The translations under genes and the position numbers were made by a program. Below, one piece after another: positions 56,400-64,000 of a stretch of DNA of 64,000 nucleotides (positions are counted from its first letter, which is position 1; every line of letters begins with the position of its first letter). Source of the DNA: a virus; the IMG/VR virus record IMGVR_UViG_3300046000_004279, positions 46,889-110,888 of that record; one strand, given 5' to 3'. Below the pieces are notes generated by a model, which saw nothing but the letters and a program-made list of their open reading frames with translations, was not told the DNA's origin and did no database searches.

Positions 56400-57094
56400 A
56401 AGTATTTTGTGTTAGAATTGGTGACAAGTATGGTGTTGAGTACGAAGATTATATTAATGCTAAGTTAAAAGATTATGAAGTAGTTTGGATAAGAGATCCA
56501 TTTAGAGACGATGTTGCTCTACAATGGAATAAAATGCTGCCGATGTCAATGGATATTGACGAACCTGTTTGTGTAATTGATATAGATTTACTTCTTATCA
56601 ATGATTACAAACAGGTTTTTGATTATCCAATATCCAGAGGTCAGTTCCTCACGATTAACGATTGGGTCAGTGCTAATTCAAATTACCCTATCAATGGCGG
56701 ATTCTTTAAATACAATCCAAAAGACGTTAACTACATCTTCAATAAGTTTATGCAAGATCCAATCTATTGGCAAAACTACTACATCGCTAAAGGTATTGCC
56801 CGTGGGCCTGTTAATGGTGAACAACACTTTGTCTACGACTCAGCCAAAGAGCAATTGAAAGTCGTGACGTTACCTCCTAGCTGGTTTACGAGATGGTCAA
56901 CAGAGAGTGCAATTACTCATACTGATTACGACCATTGGCAATTAGAATTAAATAAGTTGTATAGAGAAAAAACAAGCAAAGACTATCTTTTCATGGGTGA
57001 AGAGTTTCATCCTGATGTAAAGATTGTTCACTTTACTCATGCAATGAATAAACCGCATGAGTGGGTTTATTATGATTCTTATAAATCACTGTAA
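56396..57094 (+). CDS. GT-A-fold glycosyltransferase-like protein
   Basis: GDKYG..Y, QWNK, VIDIDLL (DxD), NGGFF, GEQ.F, KIVHFT...NKP. Confidence 0.78.
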   Translation: MKVFCVRIGDKYGVEYEDYINAKLKDYEVVWIRDPFRDDVALQWNKMLPMSMDIDEPVCVIDIDLLLINDYKQVFDYPISRGQFLTINDWVSANSNYPINGGFFKYNPKDVNYIFNKFMQDPIYWQNYYIAKGIARGPVNGEQHFVYDSAKEQLKVVTLPPSWFTRWSTESAITHTDYDHWQLELNKLYREKTSKDYLFMGEEFHPDVKIVHFTHAMNKPHEWVYYDSYKSL

Positions 57095-57104
57095 GATTTT
57101 TTAT

Positions 57105-57112
57105 TATAAATA
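57105..57112 (+). promoter_or_regulatory. T4-type late promoter
   Basis: TATAAATA. Confidence 0.8.
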
Positions 57113-57144
57113 CCATAAAGAATTGCGTAAACGGTGAGAAACAC

Positions 57145-57495
57145 ATGGCTCAATATGAAGACATAACAATTGATCAGGGTGCTGATGTTGCAGTTGAGAT
57201 TCATCTGATTAACAAAGATGGATCTGCAAAGAATTTAACTAACCATTCTATTGCTGCAAAGATGAAGCGTACTTACAATAGTGATAGTGCTGATACGCTA
57301 GCATTCAATTGTATTGTTGCTGCTCCAGCATCGGGTGGTGTTGCCACAATATCATTAACAAATATTCAGACCAGCACGTTAAAAGCTGGGCAATACGTTT
57401 ATGATGTTGAGATGTCATTTGCAGATAGTAGTGCTACTATTGTTGAGCGTGTCCTAGAAGGTAAAATTTTAGTAACCCCATCAGTGACTAGGTAA
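57145..57495 (+). CDS. BppU-N-like fibre adaptor protein
   Basis: I.IDQGAD, G....SLT..QT..L.AG.YVYDVE, R.LEG...VTP.VT. Confidence 0.78.
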   Translation: MAQYEDITIDQGADVAVEIHLINKDGSAKNLTNHSIAAKMKRTYNSDSADTLAFNCIVAAPASGGVATISLTNIQTSTLKAGQYVYDVEMSFADSSATIVERVLEGKILVTPSVTR

Positions 57496-57499
57496 TTTA

Positions 57500-57754
57500 A
57501 TGGCAATTACAGTTGGTACTGGGATTACAGCTAAAAAAGTAATTGTGGTCGGTTCGACAACTCAAGTTAAACAGGTTACTGTTGGGACTCCCGTTAAAAG
57601 AGTTACATCTGGCGCATTTAACATAAATAACCTTAGTGGTGTTGACACAACGGGTGCTGTTGAAGGAAGTTTATTAATTTATAGTACTGCAGTATCCAAA
57701 TGGGTGGCTAGCAAAGACTTACAAGAACAAAACATTAACGGAGGCAGTTACTAA
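57500..57754 (+). CDS. small virion protein
   Basis: L..VD.....GSLL.Y.....KW, C-terminal INGGSY. Confidence 0.7.
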   Translation: MAITVGTGITAKKVIVVGSTTQVKQVTVGTPVKRVTSGAFNINNLSGVDTTGAVEGSLLIYSTAVSKWVASKDLQEQNINGGSY

Positions 57755-59331
57755 TGGCCGCTATAATTAGAATTAAAAGATCCACAAGTGCATCTGCGCC
57801 TGTAACACTAAAAACAGGTGAACTGTCTTATTCGGCGGGTGTTGGTACAAGTGCAAACGGAGGCGACCGTCTCTATTTTGGTAAGGGCGACGATGGATCG
57901 GGCAACGCTACTACAGTTGAAGTAATTGGTGGTGCCTATTTTGGCAATCTATTGGACCATACTGCTGGTACACTGACTGCATCAAGTGCAATTATTGTTG
58001 ACGCGAGTAGCAAGATTGATAACTTAAAGGTTGACAATCTTGACCTCAATGGTAACACAATTAGTTCCACTGACACCAACGGCAACATTATTATCAGCCC
58101 CAATGGATCTGGATCTGTCAACGTAGACACATCTAAAATCATCAACGTTAGTGATCCTGCTTCTGCTCAAGATGCGGCCACTAAAAATTATGTTGATGGA
58201 TTATTTGCTGGTGCCGCCTCAGTCTTTAAAATTGCAGGAGACGCTGGAACTCTAGATTCTATTTTTGGTGGTGGCACTGTTACTTTCCAAGGTGACTCTG
58301 ACATCCTCACCACTATCACAAACAATAAGATTGCCTTTACTCATAGAACGTCAAGTGTTACTGCTGGAACATATGGGTCAACATCATCAATTCCAGTATT
58401 CAGAGTAAATGCAAATGGTCACATTGATTCTGCCACTACTGTTAGTCTTGCGACAACATTAAACACAGCTGGCGAAACGGGCACAGGCAGCATTGCCCTT
58501 CTTACACAGACGCTAACACTTGCTGCAGGCGAAGGTATTGATACTACCGCTAGTGGTCAAACTATTACTATTGCAGCAGAGTTGGCCACTTCTGCTAACA
58601 AAGGTGTTGCGAGCTTTGATGCTACAGATTTTACGGTAACCACAGGAAACGTTGTTGCTAACCCAATCTATCTTGGTACAACACGATTAGACCTAGGTGA
58701 AACCGATTCTAACCTTGCTGGTTTGAATTCTATTGAAGTTGGGGATGTTCGTATCACATCGAACGTAATCAGTTCAAGAACCACTGGAACACTGATTATC
58801 GATCCAAATCCAATTGGTGACTCTGCTGGTGGATTTGCTGGTGAACTTATTGTTCGTGGTAACTTGACTGTTCAAGGTACAACAACTACAATTAACTCAA
58901 CAACCGTTTCGGTCAATGACAAGAACATTGTTCTAGCTGATAGTGCAGCTAATGCGACTGCTGCGGATGGCGCTGGACTAACTATTGGTGGTGCACTTTA
59001 TGCTGGTACTAAAGCAACAATTCTTTACGATGGTGTAACAGACCGTTGGGACTTCAATAAGCCACTCGACATTGGATTTGCTACACTAGACAGCGCCGTT
59101 AAACTAAATGGTGTTGGATTAAGAGAGGCTATTGAAGATCACCTTGTTACCAACTTCTTCTTAGAAGGTGAAGGTATTGATCTCACATATGTTGATGCAT
59201 CTAATACTTTAACTGTGGCCGCTGAGTTAGCTACATACACTAACAAGGGTGTTGCGAGCTTTGATTCTGCTCAATTTACTCTTACAAGTGGTTTTGCAAC
59301 AATATCTGTCATTGATGGCGGAACATACTAA
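57754..59331 (+). CDS. tail fibre protein
   Basis: IRIKRS....P..L..GEL, DAATKNYVD, GNLTVQGTTTTINST, IDGGTY end. Confidence 0.85.
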   Translation: MAAIIRIKRSTSASAPVTLKTGELSYSAGVGTSANGGDRLYFGKGDDGSGNATTVEVIGGAYFGNLLDHTAGTLTASSAIIVDASSKIDNLKVDNLDLNGNTISSTDTNGNIIISPNGSGSVNVDTSKIINVSDPASAQDAATKNYVDGLFAGAASVFKIAGDAGTLDSIFGGGTVTFQGDSDILTTITNNKIAFTHRTSSVTAGTYGSTSSIPVFRVNANGHIDSATTVSLATTLNTAGETGTGSIALLTQTLTLAAGEGIDTTASGQTITIAAELATSANKGVASFDATDFTVTTGNVVANPIYLGTTRLDLGETDSNLAGLNSIEVGDVRITSNVISSRTTGTLIIDPNPIGDSAGGFAGELIVRGNLTVQGTTTTINSTTVSVNDKNIVLADSAANATAADGAGLTIGGALYAGTKATILYDGVTDRWDFNKPLDIGFATLDSAVKLNGVGLREAIEDHLVTNFFLEGEGIDLTYVDASNTLTVAAELATYTNKGVASFDSAQFTLTSGFATISVIDGGTY

Positions 59332-59385
59332 ATAAAGCAATCGGTGTTTTTACACTTAGTCTAATCCTTTATTAAGGAAAACTTA

Positions 59386-62300
59386 ATGACTTATCCTACT
59401 ATTAAGTTAAAGCGGTCCTCTGTCTCAGGCAGGGTTCCCGACTCTTCTAGTTTAGAATATGGTGAGTTAGCGCTTAACTATACAGATGGAAAACTTTATT
59501 GGAAGTCGGCTTCTAATATTGTCAAAAGTCATATCATTGATTCGGAAGTTCAAGACGTTCTTACGAGAATGGTGGTTAACCAAGAGTTTGGTAATAGAAC
59601 AACTGATAGTTTGAATGAAGGTAGTATTAATCTATATTACACTCGTGTTAGATCAGAATCCGACATCACCGATATTGTAGATTCTGCTTATATTCAATTC
59701 TTACAACTACGTTATCTTGATTCAGCAAATGCTATCAATTTAATTGACTCTGCGTATATTCAGGCAAGACAGTCGTTTGGCACTGGAATAGATTCAGCTG
59801 ATATTATACTGCTCATTGACTCTGCATATGTTAATGCCCGTTTAAATAGATCCCTGTTCTTAGATTCTGCTGAAGCTATTAATTTAATTAATGTTTACGG
59901 ATTTGACTCAACAAACTTTAATGGTATGTTTGCAGCAAAGTCTACAACAGGTTTAAGCGAAGGTACAAACAAGTATTACACAAAAGCTAGAGCTGACTCG
60001 GACGATAAGTTTCCAACGACATTTACTTATACCGCTGGTACAACTGCTGGTCCAACAGGATCCTTAACAGGTACAAACCTCACTGCAATTTCATTTGCAG
60101 CCATTCCATCCGCAGGTGCATCAGCTTCTGGTATTATTACTACTGACACACAGACAATTGCTGGCGCTAAGACATTCAGCAGCACAATTACAGGTTCTGT
60201 CTCAGGTAACGCTGGAACAGCAACTACTCTTGCAACTGGCAGAACAATTGGTGACGTATCATTCAACGGCAGCGCAAACATTGTTCCAGAACGCACATTG
60301 TTCAAAGACACAAGAGCAGTCAATCATAACCCATACACCTATCCAGGCACAACTCTACATCTAAAACAAAATACTACAGATGGTTTGGCTGATGGTGGAA
60401 CATACCACGGCGTGCTAGATTTGCAACATTGGACTGATAGCTCAGGTGGTAAGAACCACCAGCTAGGTCTAACTGATAATAATAATATCTACATTCGCGC
60501 TTCCACTAACGCCACTACATGGGGTAGTTGGGTTAAGATAATTGATTCTGGTGACACCACAGCTTTAAACACTGCAAATACATTGGTGCGCCGTGATGCT
60601 AGTGGTAACTTCTCTGCAGGTACAATCACGGCAGCTTTGACAGGCAACGCTAGCACAGCGACAACTCTTGCAAGTAGCCAGAACTTCTCATTAACAGGTG
60701 AAGTTACTGCATCAGCAGTTAGCTTTAACGGATCTGGTGCTGTAGCTTTAAATACAACCATTGCAGCAAACGCCGTCGACTCTTCTAACATCCTTGCACT
60801 GTCGATATCGTCAGGTAAGATTCAAAGCGGTGCAGTCACAACAGCTAAGTTTGCCACAGGTGCAGTTGATTCTAACGCTCTTGGTGCTTTATCTGTATCA
60901 TCTGCTAAGTTGCAAGGTAGTATTCCTGACACAAAATTAGCGACCATTTCAACCGCCAGTAAGGTCGCAAACTCAGCAACAACAGCAACAAATCTAAATA
61001 CTGCAAGCGCCATTGTTGCAAGAGATGGTAGTGGTAACTTTACTGCTGGAACAATTACCGCAGCTTTGACAGGTAATGCTAGCACAGCGACAACTCTTGC
61101 AACTGGTCAGAACTTTTCGCTAACTGGCGAAGTTACTGCATCAGCGGTTAGCTTTAACGGATCTGGCGCTGTAGCATTATCAACAACCATTGCATCAAAC
61201 GCAGTTGACTCTTCCAATATTCTTGCACTGTCAATATCGGCAGGTAAGATTCAAAGCGGTGCAGTCACAACAGCTAAGTTCGCTACTGGCGCGGTCGACT
61301 CCAATGCCCTTGGCGCTCTGTCAGTGTCCTCAGCTAAACTACAAGGTAGCATTCCTGACACTAAGCTAGCGACGATCTCAACTGCAAGTAAAGTTTCTAA
61401 CTCAGCTACAACTGCTACGAACTTAAACACCGCCAGCGCTATTGTTGCAAGAGACGGTAGTGGTAACTTTACAGCTGGAACAATCACAGCAACCTTGTCA
61501 GGTAGCGCATCAACTCTTACGACTGCACAGAACTTCTCATTAACAGGAGAGGTTACAGCCCCTACAATTAGCTTTAACGGATCTGGCGCTGTTGCCTTAA
61601 ATACAACCATTGCATCAAACGCAGTTGACTCTGCTGCACTTGGCGCTCTGTCGGTATCAACCGCTAAGATTCAAAGTGGTGCAATCACAACTGCAAAGTT
61701 CACAGCAGGCGCAGTTGACTCTAACGCTCTTGGCGCTCTGTCTGTATCATCAGCTAAGATTCAAAACAACGCTGTAGCTCTTGGAACCCAAACAACTGGT
61801 AACTATGTAGCTAGCGCGTCTGCCGCCAATGGTGTTAAAATTACTGGAACAGCGGGAGAAGGTTGGACACCAACTGTATCTCTCGACTCCACTGGTACAG
61901 GCACAATTGGCAACTTAACTGTTGGTAGCAATCTTATCGTAAGCGGTAACTTGACCGTGTCTGGTACGACCACAAGTATCAATACTGAAACTGTTACCAT
62001 TAACGATAATATTATCGTATTGAATAATAATGCTACAGGTGTTCCAGGCGCTAGTGCATTATTCAATGCTGGTATTGAAGTAGAACGGGGTGATTCTAGC
62101 AACGTTCAGGTGCTGTGGAATGAAGTAAGTAACCGTTGGAGTTTCACAAACGATGGAACCAACTACCACAATATCCCAACATCAGATGAATACATTGACA
62201 GTGCTACATCCAAGTATCCAACAACCTATACTTGGACAGGTGGAACAACTGCGGGGCCAACTGGATCTCTAACAGGTAACAACCTAACAGCAATATCTTT

Positions 62301-64000
62301 TGGTGCAATTCCATCTGCAAGTGCTACAGCTTCTGGTATCGTTACAACAGACACACAAACAATTGCTGGCGTGAAAACATTCAGCAGCACAATTACAGGT
62401 TCTGTCTCAGGTAACGCTGGAACAGCAACTACGCTAGCTACGGGTCGCGACTTCTCATTAACAGGTGAAGTTACAGCTCCTGCAATCAGCTTTAACGGAT
62501 CTGGCGCTGTAGCATTATCAACAACAATTGCAGCAAACGCTGTCGACTCTTCTAACATTCTTGCACTATCAATATCGTCAGGCAAGATACAAAGTGGAGC
62601 TATTACAACTGCAAAGTTTGCAACAGGTGCGGTCGACTCTGCTGCGCTTGGCGCTCTGTCGGTATCGTCAGCTAAACTGCAAGGCAGTATCCCTGACAGT
62701 AAGCTAGCGACCATTTCAACTGCAAGCAAGGTTGCAAACTCAGCTACTACAGCAACAAATGCAAACACTGCTAACGCTATTGTTGCTAGAGATGCGAGTG
62801 GAAACTTTAGTGCTGGGACAATCACGGCTAATGTAACGGGAACCGTAACAAACGGAGCCTTAACTACAGGCACGCTTGCACAATTCGCAGCGACTACTTC
62901 ATCGCAACTTGCTGGTGTTATATCGGATGAAACAGGTAGTGGTGCATTAGTATTTGGCACAAGTCCAACACTAACTACCCCTACTCTCGGTGTTGCATCT
63001 GCAACAACTATTAATAAAGTAACGTTAACAACACCTGCTACTGGTTCCACATTAACAATTGCAGATGGAAAAACACTAACAGCAAGCAACACATTAACTT
63101 TTACAGGCACTGATGCCTCATCTGTTGCTTTTGGAACTGGTGGTACTGTAGCTTACACTGCTAACAAACTTTCGGTGTTCGCAGCAACTACATCCGCCGA
63201 ATTAGCTGGTGTTATATCGGATGAAACAGGTAGTGGTGCATTAGTATTTGGCACAAGTCCATCATTTACTACCGGTATTGATGCAGCAAGTGCCACTATG
63301 GCATTGTTTGATACAACAGCCACTACTATTAATTTTGCTGGTGCAGCAACAACTGGTAACTTTGGTTACGATGCTACCGCAGCCAGTACTACAAATATAT
63401 CAACAGGTGCTGTTGCAGCCGCTACTACAAAAACGGTAAACCTAGGCACAGGTGGTGCAGCTAGTTCTACTACTAATATTAATATTGGCTCAAGTGTTGG
63501 CGGTACTACTGCTATCGCTAGTCCGACAGTCACATTTGCTGGTCTAGCAGACACCGCAACCACCGCAACACATTACTATGTAGAAACAGCTAGTGGAAAC
63601 ATATTACCAAAAACATTAGCAAACGTTAAAACTGAAATAGTAACAACTGCTGCAGTAAATAGCGCCGCTGCAACCACTGTTGGTACAGTTACTAGTGGTA
63701 CTTGGAGCGGATTGTTTGGTGCAGTATCTGGCGCAAACTTAACAAGTTTAACTGCTGGTAACTTATCAGGAACCATACCATCAGGTGTGTTAGGTAACTC
63801 GGCGCTGTTTATTGGTACAACTTCGGTTGCATTAAACAGAACTACAGCTAACCTTGGATTAACAGGTATTACTTCCATCGCGATGCCTGGTTCTACATCA
63901 GGGACAATTACTGTAACACCTACCGCAACAGCGGGAACAACATCAATAACTATCCCCGCTACAACAGGCACATTGGTCACAACAGGTGATACTGGCTTTT
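59386..64000 (+). CDS. long tail fibre protein (partial, >1500 aa, runs off the window; absent from ORF track)
   Basis: MTYPTIKLKRSSVSGRVP..LEYGELALNYTDGKLY; RBS AAGGA; still in frame at 63961. Confidence 0.85.
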   Translation, partial: MTYPTIKLKRSSVSGRVPDSSSLEYGELALNYTDGKLYWKSASNIVKSHIIDSEVQDVLTRMVVNQEFGNRTTDSLNEGSINLYYTRVRSESDITDIVDSAYIQFLQLRYLDSANAINLIDSAYIQARQSFGTGIDSADIILLIDSAYVNARLNRSLFLDSAEAINLINVYGFDSTNFNGMFAAKSTTGLSEGTNKYYTKARADSDDKFPTTFTYTAGTTAGPTGSLTGTNLTAISFAAIPSAGASASGIITTDTQTIAGAKTFSSTITGSVSGNAGTATTLATGRTIGDVSFNGSANIVPERTLFKDTRAVNHNPYTYPGTTLHLKQNTTDGLADGGTYHGVLDLQHWTDSSGGKNHQLGLTDNNNIYIRASTNATTWGSWVKIIDSGDTTALNTANTLVRRDASGNFSAGTITAALTGNASTATTLASSQNFSLTGEVTASAVSFNGSGAVALNTTIAANAVDSSNILALSISSGKIQSGAVTTAKFATGAVDSNALGALSVSSAKLQGSIPDTKLATISTASKVANSATTATNLNTASAIVARDGSGNFTAGTITAALTGNASTATTLATGQNFSLTGEVTASAVSFNGSGAVALSTTIASNAVDSSNILALSISAGKIQSGAVTTAKFATGAVDSNALGALSVSSAKLQGSIPDTKLATISTASKVSNSATTATNLNTASAIVARDGSGNFTAGTITATLSGSASTLTTAQNFSLTGEVTAPTISFNGSGAVALNTTIASNAVDSAALGALSVSTAKIQSGAITTAKFTAGAVDSNALGALSVSSAKIQNNAVALGTQTTGNYVASASAANGVKITGTAGEGWTPTVSLDSTGTGTIGNLTVGSNLIVSGNLTVSGTTTSINTETVTINDNIIVLNNNATGVPGASALFNAGIEVERGDSSNVQVLWNEVSNRWSFTNDGTNYHNIPTSDEYIDSATSKYPTTYTWTGGTTAGPTGSLTGNNLTAISFGAIPSASATASGIVTTDTQTIAGVKTFSSTITGSVSGNAGTATTLATGRDFSLTGEVTAPAISFNGSGAVALSTTIAANAVDSSNILALSISSGKIQSGAITTAKFATGAVDSAALGALSVSSAKLQGSIPDSKLATISTASKVANSATTATNANTANAIVARDASGNFSAGTITANVTGTVTNGALTTGTLAQFAATTSSQLAGVISDETGSGALVFGTSPTLTTPTLGVASATTINKVTLTTPATGSTLTIADGKTLTASNTLTFTGTDASSVAFGTGGTVAYTANKLSVFAATTSAELAGVISDETGSGALVFGTSPSFTTGIDAASATMALFDTTATTINFAGAATTGNFGYDATAASTTNISTGAVAAATTKTVNLGTGGAASSTTNINIGSSVGGTTAIASPTVTFAGLADTATTATHYYVETASGNILPKTLANVKTEIVTTAAVNSAAATTVGTVTSGTWSGLFGAVSGANLTSLTAGNLSGTIPSGVLGNSALFIGTTSVALNRTTANLGLTGITSIAMPGSTSGTITVTPTATAGTTSITIPATTGTLVTTGDTGF
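60601..61760 (+). repeat. 429-nt (143-aa) tandem coding repeat, with a further copy near 62450-62820
   Basis: AGTGGTAACTT anchors at 60601, 61030 and 61459. Confidence 0.85.
62911..63261 (+). repeat. exact 57-nt direct repeat (62911-62967 and 63205-63261)
   Basis: GCTGGTGTTATATCGGATGAAACAGGTAGTGGTGCATTAGTATTTGGCACAAGTCCA twice. Confidence 0.9.

Noticed and set aside
40818-64000. DS motifs as phosphopantetheine attachment sites
   Set aside because: Carrier proteins use DSL in a helical bundle; here the next residue is mostly A, D, S, N or G, and no PPTase is visible.

Overview
A 64-kb segment of a large T4-like myophage genome, mostly on the + strand. Left (1-6 kb): an IscA/HesB gene, then a tRNA region with 11 CCA-encoding tRNAs, four closed non-tRNA structured RNAs, two GNAT/Mom-like genes and speD. 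6-15.6 kb: five radical-SAM enzymes, two stand-alone SPASM proteins, a carbamoyltransferase, an SGNH-like protein and a nucleotidyltransferase-cupin fusion. 15.6-25 kb: small accessory genes, a GH19 endolysin, gp33 and gp32. 25-64 kb: the tail/baseplate module (gp29-like, gp51/gp26, gp54, gp2, gp4, gp48, gp53, gp27, split gp5, gp25, gp6, gp7, gp9/10-like, gp8, split VrlC-like protein) and several fibre genes. A glycosyltransferase/methyltransferase cassette sits among the fibre genes, and the last fibre ORF runs off the window. Strongest leads: (1) heavy Asp-Ser enrichment restricted to peripheral baseplate and fibre proteins, next to phage-encoded glycosyltransferases, suggesting a sequon-directed virion O-glycosylation system; (2) a likely -1 programmed frameshift joining gp26 to gp51 just upstream of the tape-measure gene; (3) several unexplained structured ncRNAs and a boxA+GNRA-hairpin element in the tRNA operon. 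Product calls come from motif recognition and synteny only; no searches were run and all counts were made by eye.
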